From NCBI GenBank assembly GCA_043228905.1, contig JBHGNT010000022.1, forward strand, positions 10,230,001 to 10,294,000: 64,000 nucleotides of DNA, given 5' to 3'. Under the pieces are notes generated by a model. The model was given only the letters and a program-made list of their open reading frames with translations, did no database searches and had not been told where the DNA came from. This stretch comes from Azolla caroliniana (Eukaryota; Plantae; Polypodiophyta). Numbering within the stretch: the stretch's first letter is position 1; every line of letters begins with the position of its first letter. Below are positions 52,094-64,000 of this stretch, in pieces. Position numbers and translations under genes: made by a program.

Positions 52094-55000
52094 AGCGGAC
52101 TATTGAAGCATGGGGCACAAATAGTCCGAGCAATCACAAGACCCCACAAGAAAGAAGAGCGCGTGGATTGCAAGGAGAAGCAACATGTGTCACACCTAGT
52201 GGCGCATGTAAACTAGTACTACCCGACAAGAAGCACAAGCGCCGGATACAAGAATTCGAGAAGATGCTGAAAGAAGAGAACATAATAGAAGAAGGAGAGT
52301 TCGTGACTCATATTATGGAAGAAGCCTCATTTAACGACACCATCAGCGAAATCGAGGACGTCGTGGACTTGAGCTATCTTCACAACCAACGTGTGATTTC
52401 GGTTAACTCCGTCAACATGTACGCTATCATCGATGAATACCGTCGTGGCATCTCGATGAATGAAGCTGACATCAACATGAAATATAAAACGGTGGATAAG
52501 AAGATCAAGCCAGTTGCGGTTCCGCTACCGGAAGATAGCTGGCAAAAGATGAAGGAAGTCGCTAACGATCCAAGCTTAAGAGATCCGAAGAAGATAGGTC
52601 ATGACTTCACCAAAGAGACGAAGGGGAAGCTACGAGTTGGAAAGGAGGATTTCCTTCTCCCTGAAGAGAAGCGAATGTTTCGCGATATGCTTGAGAGACA
52701 TGGGAAGGCTTTCGCATTCTTCCCACGAGAAATCGGATGCGCCGACCCAAAGGTTATAGAGCCAATGGTGATCTTCACGGTGCCCCATGTGCCTTGGAAT
52801 TTGAAACCGATACCGGTTCCGAGAGCACACCTTCCGAAGCTGATCGAGCTCTTAAAAGAAAAGGTGAGTATGGGAATTCTAGAACCGTCGAATGCTCCTT
52901 ATTCCAATAGGTGGTTCACGGTGCCGAAGAAGAATGGATCATTGCGATTCATCCAAGATCTTCAACCCGTCAACAAGGTGACAATTCGAAATGCCGGAAT
53001 CGGTCCGAGCGTGGACGAATTTGCCGAAGCGTTTGCGGGCCGGTCCATCTACTCCATTGGCGATCTCTACTCCGGATATGACCAATTCCAATTGGCGATC
53101 GACAGTCGGGACATTACAACCATGAGGACTCCGATCGGGCTTGTGCGGATGTGTACCTTACCCCAAGGCGCAACGAACTCGGTGGCTCATATGGTGAATG
53201 CCATGAATAAAGTCTTGAAGGATTGCATTCCGGACATCACGATGCCATTCTTGGATGATATTCCGATAAAAGGATGTTCGAATGAGGAGAAAGATGAATC
53301 GAAAGATAAGGAAGGTTGTAGAAAGTTCGTTGCGGATCATATGAAAGATTGCGAGAAGGTGCTTCAAAGGCTCGAAGATGCGAATTTGACATTTTCGGGA
53401 GAAAAATCCGCATTCGGGCAACCGGAGATCTTGGTGGTAGGTCACTTGTGTGGAGCATACGGCCGGAAGCCCTCGCCATCCAAAGTGAACGCAATCCAAG
53501 ACATGAAAGAAGAATGCGAAAACCAAACGGAGGTTCGAAGGTTCCTTGGAGCGTGCACGTTTTATCATATATGGATTCCTCACTACGCTCATGTCGTCGA
53601 ACCGTTATATGGACTACTAAAGAAAAGAATAAAGTTCGAATGGCGAGACGAGCACACAGAGGCGATGCGAAGATTAAAGAAACTACTTCTTGAAGCTCCG
53701 GCACTAAGGAAGGCCGACTATGCCGAAGGGAAACCAATTTACGTGACCGTAGATACGAGCCCAACCGGAATCGGGTGGGTCATCAATCAAGAAGGTGAAG
53801 ATAATGCGCGATATGCCGTCCGGTTCGGAGCAAAGGTTCTCAGCGAACGGCAACAAAGATATGCCCAAGTCAAGCGGGAACTTTGGGGTATTGTGTCGGC
53901 AGTGAAGACGGACAAAGATTACCTGATCTGATCAGAAGTGATAATAGAGACAGATTGTCTCCCAATTCTCGGAATGGTCTCGGGATGTGCGACCCCAGAT
54001 CTTGCTATGCTAAGGTGGATCGCCTACATCAAGTCTTTAAACCCAGAGATCCGCCACATCGCAGGGAAGAAGAACGCCATGGCTGACATGTTGTCGAGGG
54101 CAAGATTTTCAAATGGAAGTAACATGGTTTCGGAAGATGAAGATGTCGCCCTCGACTTCTTCAAGATGGCTCGATTGTCGGCGGAAGACCAGGACACGCA
54201 AACCCTCCACGCCTTCAACGAGAACGAGTACGAAGGAGAATGGTTACTCATCGGTAGATTCCTAAGAACATTGACGACAGATGCTTCGTTGACAAAGGAG
54301 GAGGCCCTACGAATCCGAAAGAAAGCTTACCGATACTTCTTGAAGGGAGGATTCCTTTGGCGACATCCAAAAAGAAGGACAGGAATACCACGTCGAGTGG
54401 TGGTAAAGAAAGAAGAGCAAGAGACGCTGATGACCGAATTCCACGAGAGTGCTTGGGCAGGTCATAGAGGAACATGGGCGACGTTCGAAAAGTTGAAGGA
54501 GAAGTACTGGTGGCCAAGCATGTACAAAGATGTACTCCATTTCGTGTCCACATGCGAAACTTGTCAAGTATATTCAAATATACGTCATCGTGATGAGTTA
54601 AAGCCGACATACCCACTCACCATTCATTTCAAATGGATGGTGGATCTGGTCTTGATGCCAATGGGAGTGGGACAAATGAAGTACTTAGCGCTCGCAAGGG
54701 AAGACTTGACAAATCAAGTGGAAGGACGAGCCTTGACAAATAAGACGACTTCAACCGTTTGCAAATTTCTACTTGAAGATGTTGTTTGCCGATATGGATG
54801 TGTAGGGAAGATAGTGGCCGACCGAGGGGAGTTGGACGCGCACGAAGCGACGGAGCTCTTTGAAAGACTAGGCGTGAAGCTCTCCCTCACGACTGCCTAC
54901 AATCCGGAAGCAAATGGGAAGATCGAGCGAGGGCATGGACCTATCGTTAAAGCCATCGTACGGGCATGCAACGGTCGAGTCGGGAATTGGCCACGACTAT

Positions 55001-55578
55001 TACCCTATGCCTTGTGGGCCGATAGAACGACACATAGCTCGGTGACAGGGTATATGCTGACGGAGCTTATGTATGGGCAAAAGCCGATTATGCCCATCGA
55101 AAGGACGATCGCCTCATGGGTAGCGATACCGTGGGAGAACGAGATGAGCCGAGAAGAGTTATTAGCGGCGCGGATAAGGCAACTTGAAAGAAGATATGAA
55201 GATTTAGAAAAAGTGCGAAAGATGATGAAGGCAGCCCGAGTAAAGAACAAAGTTCGGTTCAACAACACGCATCGACTTCGTCCCAAGAAGATTGAAGAAG
55301 GGGATTGGGTTTTGGTCTACGACAACACTCTTGACAATCAACATAGTACAACAAGGAAGTTCGCAAGAAGATGGTTCGGGCCGTATGTGGTGACAAGTGC
55401 CAACGATAATGCCACATACCACCTTGCGGAACTAGAGGGATCAAGGTTGGCCGTACCCATTGCGGGAAAAAGAGTAAAGCTTTTCAAGAAAAGACAAGAC
55501 AAGGATCCTGACCTCGATTACCTCGACGATGAACATAATAGGCCAGATGAAAATGAAGACATGGAGGAATCTAATTGA
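52084..55578 (+). CDS. Pol (RT-RNase H-integrase), entered by -1 frameshift; one premature stop at 53929
   Basis: Open from GGATTTT; DLYSGYDQF, LPQGATNS, PFLDD, VDTSPTGIG, HESAWAGHRG, ADRGE, YNPEANGKIER, WFGPY. Confidence 0.85.
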
Positions 55579-56144
55579 TCATCGTAGCCGAAATCTCACT
55601 TCTTCTCTTCTTGGCACGTACCGGAGGACGTGCGGTTTGGTGGGGGTGGATGTCGTGAAGATTTTCGGCAATAGTGTGAAAATCCCATAAAACGTACAAA
55701 ATCGAGTATGAATCATGTAATACAATAATTGTGAAGATAACATTTTTAATATCTAAAGTACAAAATGATGGAGGTTTCGAATGCACTTTATTACACGAGA
55801 AATGGACAACTAAATGTCAAGATATGAGGGTATAAAGTTTGTGAAAAGAAAAGAGAAAATTGTGATATATCCCACATAGGCACGACAAATACGGCTCTCA
55901 TCATATATAAGGTGGAGCAAAAGATATTATCTTTGTGTCTATGTGTGGAGCATAGAGAGTTCAAGGTAACTTGAACTTAGAGTGGAGGTGGCTAGCTACT
56001 CGTAAAGGGTTTTGGCCAACCAAAACCGGACCGGCGATGGAGCCGGTGATCCGACGGCATCCGACCGCAATTCGATGGCGGCATGCAGCACCGGTATCCG
56101 GCGTCGGCATCCGACGAACCGGCGACTAGATAAAATAAATATAT

Positions 56145-56238
56145 AAAAATATATACATATACAAGGAGGGCAAGTATGGATTCGAACCTTGCACCTCCAA
56201 GTTAGGAGTCAAATGGCTTACCATTAAGCCATAGTATT
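56145..56238 (-). promoter_or_regulatory. Same tRNA-like Pol III cassette in gypsy 3' LTR
   Basis: A-box 56231-56221, B-box 56188-56178, identical to the 5' LTR copy. Confidence 0.75.
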
Positions 56239-58320
56239 TAGTTAAAATTATATTTCTATCATTGTACTTTTACATGTAAATTCTCATCCATGAGTGCTAA
56301 AATGAGTGACATGGTTAGCATGCACCACATGTAATACTTAAGCGCCAAATGGCAAACATGCAATTTATGCATGCCTTGTACCCTCACATGCATCGTATGC
56401 ATGAGAGCATCTATAAAAGAGGGAAGGGGGAGGAGAAAAACATGGTTTTTTTTCTTTATGAAAATTAAGAGGAAGAAATTCGTTATCAAATCAAACGTGT
56501 AATCTCAACTTCTCTCTTTCTCAATCTATCTTAAGTACTTTCTCGCCAAAGCTTGTATCGACTCTAAATCCTTCTGATCCAGAACCCCGGCGGTTCCACC
56601 TCACGATCCGCGCGTAGTGACGGATCTTCACGACAACGGGTTCGACGAACGGATGAACCGGACCGTAATGGAGAGAGTCTGGAACATGCTGGCACATGCA
56701 AAGTTACCCAAGATGTTTTGGGTTGAGGCGCTGACGACGGCGACCTATGTGATAAACAAATCACCCTCAGTACCCTTGGCCGGAGACACACCGCAAAGAG
56801 TATGGACCAGTAAGGATGTGTCTTACCGGCATCTGAAGGTGTTCCAGTGTCTCACATATGTGCATGTTGCAAAGGAGCACAGAGCAAAACTGGATCCGAA
56901 GTCCCGGTCGTGCATATTCCTTGGATACGGCGATGATGAGTTCGGTTACCAGGTGTGGGATCTGGTCGACAAGAAGGTGTTTCCGAGTCGAGACATAGTC
57001 CTCATGGAAGACAGGACCATTGCCGACTGGGAGTCGGAGACGAAGGTGATGAACTCCAGATCATCCAATGAAAACCGGCTTGAGGACACAAGGACTTACC
57101 CGGTAACCGAATGACACTTGACGAACCGGTGAATATGGACAAGAAATCGAACCGACCGAAGAAGAAAAAGAAGAAGGAGACACCGGAACCAGACAAGATC
57201 CCGAATCGGATGACGATGAAGAACAAACGGAGGAACCGATAGTCAGAAACCAAGGACGGAGATATCCTCTCCGAGAGTGAAGAGCCCCCCAGAGATTGTG
57301 TGCTAACCGATCAGGGGGAGCCGGAAAGCTTCGAAGAAGCAAAGAGAGACGCCCATAGCCGCAAGTGGGTGAGTGCCATGCAGGATCAGATGGATTCCCT
57401 ACATGAGAACCGCACATATGAACTGACGAAGCTGCCGAAAGGGAAGAGAGCACTTTGGAACAAGTGGGTGTACAAGTTGAAACCGGGAGATGCCGGAAAT
57501 CCACCAAGGTATAAGGCCCAAATCGTGGTGAAGGGCTTCCAGCAGAAGAAAGGAGTGAACTTCGATGAGATCTTTGTCCCGGTAGTAAAGATGACATCCA
57601 TCCGGACGGTAGTGGGAATAGTGGCAAGCATGGAGCTCGAGGTAGACCAACTGGACGTCAAGACGACATTCCTCCATGGTGAGCTCGAAGACGAGATCTA
57701 CATCCATCAACCGAAAGGATTTGAGAAGAAAGGGAAGGAGCACCTGGTGTGCCAGCTGTAGAGGAGCTTATACGGACTGAAGCAAGCTCCCCGACAATGG
57801 TAGAGGAAGTTCGACTGCTTCATCACCGACCAAGGTTACCCAAGATGCAGGCCGATCATTGTGTGTTTGTGAAGAAATTTGCCGAAGGAGATTTCCCGAT
57901 ACTTCTCCTATATGTGGATGATATGTTGATCGTCGGACGAGACCAAGGCAAAACCGGGATGCTGAAGAAGGCTCTGAACCGGACCTTCTCAATGAAAGAC
58001 ATGGGTCTAGCAAGACAAATATTAGGAATGCACATCATCTGGGACCGGTCGAAGAAGTCATTTTGGTTGTCAGAGGAGAAGTACGTGACAAAGGTGCTTC
58101 AAAGGTTCAACATGTCGGAGGCGAAACTGGTTGGATCTACACTTCCGGCAAATTGCAAGTTGTCCGGAGAGCAAAGCCCGAAGACAAAGGCAAAGAAGAT
58201 GGATATGATGAAGATACCATATGCCTCTGCCGTCGGGAGCTTGATGTATGCGATGGTGGGTACCCGGCCAGACATCGGTTCCGTTGTAGGAGTAGTCAGC
58301 CAGTTCCTGAGCAATCCCAG

Positions 58321-60283
58321 TGTTAGGAACAGTACTAAGACAGAGAAGGAATTAGTACTAAAAGAAGTATTAGTACTAAGAGAGGTGAAGAACTCTCGAG
58401 AGAAGGAAAGAGTGAGTGAGAGGGAGGGAGAGAGAGAGTGATGATAAGAAAAGATATATATTATGTGAAGAAAATGTACAGTAGCTAGGAGGCTTAAGAC
58501 TGGCGTTGAACCGATTTGGTTCGAAATAATGCCTTGTGCCTCCTTTTATAGTGTTCAAAGGAATACTCCTCAAGTTTCTAGAATGTTCGAGAGAAATCTG
58601 GAATATACATCAATTTTCTATAATAAAACATAAATGAAAATAATATTCTACGTATTACAATGTATAGTCTAATGGTCAAGAGCTCGACCCATGTAGCAGA
58701 AGGTCATGGGTTCGAGTCTTGCCATATCATGACACTATCCCTGCTTTAAAACGACGAGTGTAACGAGTCGTTTTGGATTGAGGACCCGGTTTGTCTGGAT
58801 ATTGATGATGGAAGTCTTCAAGAAGAACACGAGCATTGGTGACATTCTCTATCGGTTCCCAAGTACGCTCGCTGGGACTATATCCTAGCCAATCGACTAG
58901 ATAGTAGAGCTTGTTGCGAACAATCTTGGAATCAAGGATGGCGGTAACCTCGTACTCAGGTCCATCTTCAAGCTCGATCGGGGGTGGAGGCTGTGTAATA
59001 TGTCTTGGGATGGTGCTCTCTTGATAGGGTTCGAGGAGAGAACTATGAAACACCGGATGTATCCGAAGTTGTGGAGGTAGATCAAGACGAAAAGTGACAT
59101 CATTAATCTTTCCTATAATACGGAAAGGACCTAATCGCCGATAATCCAACTTCTTGCATGGGCGAGTGGTCTTGATGTGTCGTCGGAGTAGCCATACCCA
59201 ATCTCCAATGTTAAAACTAGATGGGAGTCGATGACAATCCGCATAAACCTTGTGTGTTTGTTGAGCTTGTTGGAGGTGAGTAGATACATCCGCTTGTATC
59301 TTGCGTAACCTCTCCAAACGATCTTCTGCGCTAGGATTTGTGGACACCTCTGGGGTTTCAAGTACACACCACCAGGGGTGACATCCCGTATAAGCATAAA
59401 ATGGCGTCACTTTAGTGGATGCGTGGATAGAGTTGTTATAGGCAAATTCGGCGAAGTGGAGAATAGTTGCCCAGTCATCCTGATGATAGCTGAAAAAGCA
59501 CCGCAGATACTGCTCCAACGTTTGATTTGTTCGTTCGGCTTGGCCATCGGTTTGGGGGTGGTTGCCGGAGGGGAGATTACAAGTGACCTTGAGCATGTTA
59601 AATAGGTGCTTCCAGAATTTTGACACGAACTGGGGTCCACGGTCGCTGATGATACTATCGGGAAGTCCATGATGCCGACATACTTCACGCATTACAATTT
59701 CGACAGTGTCTTCACTGGATATCTCCTTAGTACATGGCAAGAAATGAGCCATCTTCGTATATCAATCGACCACCGTTAGAATCGCATTGAACCCCTTAGA
59801 GACTGGAAGATCTGTGATGAAGTCTAGAGCAATAGATTGCCACGGCTTGCTTGGAATTGGTAATGGTTCTAATAAACCATATGGATGATGCCTTGGCATT
59901 TTCGCTCTGTAGCATGTATCACAAGTCCGAACAAAATCCTCGACAAATTGTCGCATACAGGGCCACCAGAATGATCGTTGTACTAAATGTAATGTTTTAG
60001 TACTACCAAAATGCCCAGCTGTATATGTGTCATGACAGTTTTGTACTACTTGAAGGCGGCAAGAACCATTAGGAACATACAAAAGTTCTTTAAAGAAGAG
60101 TAATCCATCATGGTATTTGAATTGCCGATAGTCCGTACCTGGTGGTTGCGACTGTGAGCACGACGCTCGAGAGGGATCAATTTGTGCTAGTATAGCTTGG
60201 GCGAACGCATCTGTCTTCAAGTCTTCGCGTATGGTATCGATAACGCGGGAATCCATGGGCATGTCAAAGATCTGTGTTGCTTG
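58321..60283 (-). mobile_element. 3' part of a second chromovirus copy (integrase plus chromodomain, 3' LTR 58321-58734)
   Basis: ORFs 59762-60262 and 58727-59752: HDTYTAGHFG, ISDRGPQF, GPFRII, chromodomain EYEVTAILDSKIVRNKLYYLVDWLGYSPSERTWEP. Confidence 0.93.
58657..58728 (+). promoter_or_regulatory. tRNA-like Pol III promoter in chromovirus 3' LTR
   Basis: A-box TAGTCTAATGG 58665-58675, B-box GGTTCGAGTCT 58709-58719. Confidence 0.7.
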
Positions 60284-63200
60284 TGTTAAGAAAACGTGAA
60301 GAAGGCACTCGGGCTCTTCTTATGTGCGCGGCGGATCGTGGTGTGCTGGATCATTTAGTGCTCAAACACAGAAGGGAAGGGGGAACGAGACTTACCTCTG
60401 TAGCAGCCAAAACTTCTTCTATTTCATTACCTGCAGAGCTGTACTTGCTCTCGTCTGTTTCTCTCTTTTGCTCTCACTCTTTGAGTTCTTTCTCTCTTTC
60501 CTCACTCTCTCTCTCTCAAAGTTCTACTTCCTGTATATTTTTCTTACTTACCTACTCTCTTACTTTACCTAAGTAATAAGTTACTTACGTATGCAGCTAA
60601 ATAGCTGCCTATAGCTAATTAGCTGTCAGTCGCTAAATAGTTGTCAGTAGCTAATTAGCTGTCAGTCGCTAAATAGCTGTCAGTAGCTAATTAGCTGTCA
60701 GTAGCTAATTAGCTGTTTCTCCTTTATGTTCACAAGTAGCTAAATAGCTACTATAGCTTATTTCCTAATAAGCATCACATACCATGTTGAGCTTGCTTCT
60801 CAACACTCCCCCTCAAGCTCAACTTATCCTTTCTTGGGGCTATCTACCACTTCTTTTCCATGATGCCTTTCAACCATCATATTAGTGTCTACAACTCCCA
60901 TCATGTTCTGAAACTGTGTATGCTTTTCCACATTCAATCCCTTTGTGAGAATATTAGCAACCTGCTGATTTGTATTCACATACACCAGATCAACTTCTCC
61001 TTCAATCACTTTTTCTCTAACAAAGTGATAATGCACTTCAATGTGCTTTGTTCTTGCATGGAACACTGGGTTTTTTGCAAGCTGAATGCTGCTCATGTTG
61101 TCACACCAGATTGTGACAGTACCATCTATATACTCTCCCAAATCAACAAGCAATCTTCTGATCCATACCTCTTCACAAGTGGCTATGGCAGCTCCTCTGT
61201 ACTCAGCTTCAGTACTAGACAATGCAACAGTAGCCTGTTTCTTGCTACTCCATGAAATACCTGCATTTCCCAATGTAAACATGTATCCACTTGTGGATCT
61301 TCTATCTGTTTGGCTTCCAACCCAATCAACATCTGTATATCCTTCCAGATTTATGTCCAAATCAGCCCTGTAAAACAATCCATAGTTCTGAGTAGCTTTT
61401 ACATACCTCAAAATTCTTCTAATGCAGTCCAAATGCGGCTTTGTTGGTTGTTGCATAAATTGGCTGACTAATCCAACTACATAACTCAAATCAGGTCTTG
61501 TTATGGTCAAATAAATAAGGCTGCCCACCATAGACCTGTACATGTTTACATCTTCTATTTTGGCTCCCAAATCAGCCCTTAATTTGCAGTTTTTATCTAG
61601 TGGTACTCCAATAGGTTTGCATCCAAGCATACCATACTTTTTCAACATAGTTGTTGCATATTCTCTTTGCAACACATATATACCACTTTCAGATCTGATG
61701 ATTTCAATACCCAAAAAATATCTCAGATCTCCCAAATCTTTCATATGAAATTTCATTTCCAAATTTCTTTTCAGCTTACTTATTTCATCCATGAAATCAC
61801 CTCCAATGATGAGATCATCAACATAAATCAGAATCACAACAATACAATCATCTTTCCTTTTAACATACAATGATGAATCAGCCTTTGACATTTTGAAGTC
61901 AAGTTTTTTCAGATAATCTAAAAGTTCTATGTGCCATGTTCTTGGTGCCTGTTTCAGTCCATAGAGAGCCTTTTTCAGCTTACATACATAATCTGGATGC
62001 TTCCTATCTTCAAAACCTGGTGGTTGACACATATACACTTCTTCTTCCAAGTTACCATGTAAAAAGGCATTTTTTACATCCATATGATGAAGAACCCATC
62101 TTCTGGCTGCACCTACAGCCAGTAATGTCCTCAATGTTGCCATCTTTGCAACCGGTGCAAATGTCTCATCATAATCAATTCCTTGCATTTGGGCATATCC
62201 CTTTGCAACCAATCTTGCTTTATGTCTACTTACATTCCCACTGGAATCATGCTTTGTCTTGTAGACCCATTTGCAACCTACCACATTTTTTTCTTTTGGT
62301 AACTTCACCAAATCCCATGTTCTGTTTTCAGCCAATGCATCAATCTCTTCTTGCATTGCATCCTCCCATTTCTTCTCAGTTTTAGCCTCATCAAAACTAC
62401 TTGGATCAGGGATTTGTACCACCTTAGACATATATGCATAATGCATAGCCATATATGTATCATAACCAAATCTTTCAACAGTTTTTTTCCTCTATCTGAT
62501 CTTCTCAGTTTCTGATTTGCATCCTTCAATGCTTTTTCCATACCAGGGATTTTCAATCCTCTTATACCAAGAAGATCATCCAATGACATATCTAAATCCT
62601 CATCTTCCATGTTTTTAGACAAGTCATCCAACATTTCATACTCTGGCATTTTCTGTTTTCCTTTTTTATCATAACATTTTTTGTGTCCTCCACTTTTTCC
62701 ACTCCAAGAATTCGAATCAGATTTACCATCTGAGCTTTTTGATGGTCCAGAACATTCTGTTGATGTTGGACTTTGCTGTCCAACCTTGATTCCATCTCTA
62801 TGGCAGTCTTCTACATTCTTAGATTTGTCTCTGTCTTCAATCTCATTGTCTTCATCAGTCTCTGGATTCTGTTTTGAACTGTACCAGCTGGCTAACTCAT
62901 CAAAGATTACATCCCTACTTGTCACAATCTTCTTTGTTACAAGGTTATAGCATCTATACCCTTTTTGTTCTTCTGAATAGCCAACAAAAATACATTTTTC
63001 TGCTTTTGGATCCAACTTACTTCTTACTTTGGCAGGCACATGTACATATGCAAGGCATCCAAACACTTTTAAGTGTTCTAAACTAGGTTTCCTTCCATAG
63101 AAACACTCTTCAGGCGTTGCTTGATGTACTCCTGATGTTATACATCTATTTAGAATATAATTTGTTGTATTTACAGCTTCTGCCCAATAGTACACTTTTT

Positions 63201-64000
63201 CCACTCCAAGAATTCGAATCAGATTTACCATCTGAGCTTTTTGATGGTCCAGAACATTCTGTTGATGTTGGACTTTGCTGTCCAACCTTGCTTCCATCTC
63301 TATGGCAGTCTTCTACATTCTTAGATTTGTCTCTGTCTTCAATCTCATTGTCTTCATCAGTCTCTGGATTCTGTTTTGAACTGTACCAGCTGGCTAACTC
63401 ATCAAAGATTACATCCCTACTTGCCACAATCTTCTTTGTTACATGGTTATAGCATCTATACCCTTTTTGTTCTTCTGAATAGCCAACAAAAATACATTTT
63501 TCTGCTTTTGGATCCAACTTACTTCTTACTTTGGCAGGCACATGTACATATGCAAGGCATCCAAACACTTTTAAGTGTTCTAAACTAGGTTTCCTTCCAT
63601 AGAAACACTCTTCAGGCGTTGCTTGATGTACTCCTGATGTTATACATCTATTTAGAATATAATTTGTTGTATTTACAGCTTCTGCCCAATAGTACAATGG
63701 CATATTCTTCTCTGTCATCAAAGCCCTTGCAATGTTCACCAATGTTCTGTTTTTCCTCTCAGCAACTCCATTTTGTTGTGGAGTATATCTACATGTGAAC
63801 TATCTTCTTATTCCCTAATTGCATAGAAAATCAGAAAATTCATTGGAGAAATACTCTCCTCCTCCATCAGATCTTAAACGTTTTATTCTTGTACCTGCCT
63901 GCTTCTCTACCATGCATTTAAACTTACGAAAATATTCAAACACTTCACTTTTCTCTTTCATGAAGTACACCCATGTTTTCCTTGAGCAATCATCAATAAA
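60284..64000 (-). mobile_element. Ty1/copia element: 3' LTR 60284-60805, PPT, intact RT-RNase H ORF 60824-62452, integrase continuing out of the window
   Basis: KARLVAKG, MDVKNAFLHG, LIYVDDL, WCDNMSSIQLAKNPVFHARTKH; PPT GAGGGGGAG; LTR contains AGCTAATTAGCTGTCAGT repeats. Confidence 0.93.
62691..63694. repeat. 502-bp tandem duplication inside copia integrase/linker
   Basis: CACTTTTTCCACTCCAAG at 62691 and 63193; about 3 substitutions between copies. Confidence 0.92.

Larger units (their letters stand above)
48843..56635 (+). mobile_element. Young full-length Ty3/gypsy element with 985-bp LTRs (48843-49827, 55651-56635)
   Basis: LTRs differ at about 4 positions by eye; 12-bp terminal inverted repeat TGTCGTGAAGAT/ATCTTCACGACA; ACGG 4-bp TSD; PBS TGGTGAACCCGACGTGAA (49836-49853); PPT GGTGGGGGTGGA. 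Confidence 0.97.
46482..58320 (+). mobile_element. Ty1/copia element (5' LTR 46482-47054, PBS-Met 47058), interrupted by gypsy 48843-56635 and by the chromovirus at 58321
   Basis: TGGTATCAGAGC; gag 47084-47900 (CFYCGKPGHFQKNC), protease WAVDSGVSFH, integrase NG..ERMNRT split by the insertion, RT QLDVKTTFLHG, LLYVDDML. Confidence 0.9.

Noticed and set aside
50164-53764. Long antisense ORFs over gag/pol
   Set aside because: Shadow frames of the coding strand with no independent motifs
51056-53931. Programmed readthrough at stops 51056, 51185 and 53929
   Set aside because: Each is explicable as a single-base nonsense change, and the related copy has a sense codon at the position matching 51056

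Overview
Eukaryotic, repeat-rich land-plant DNA, most likely a bryophyte or other non-seed plant (inferred from the retroelement types). It holds one intact host gene: a 14-exon malectin-like/LRR receptor-like kinase (17439-25666, +, ~948 aa). Around it are a near full-length decayed L1-type LINE, a ~188-bp satellite array and deeply nested LTR retrotransposons (several Ty1/copia, two chromovirus Ty3/gypsy copies, a short-LTR gypsy and a 'TGTCGTG'-ended gypsy lineage). Most notable: (1) two unrelated gypsy lineages each carry a tRNA-like RNA polymerase III A-box/B-box cassette in their LTRs, antisense to the element and upstream of the LTR TATA box. (2) The TGTCGTG lineage combines 4-bp ACG(T/G) target sites, an offset tRNA-Trp PBS and a conserved GGATTTT -1 frameshift after the protease. 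(3) The chromovirus shows a Tf1-like self-priming signature. (4) A copia derivative has captured an FCP1/NIF-like phosphatase domain in frame with its RT/RNase H tail. All coordinates were read by eye and no database searches were run.
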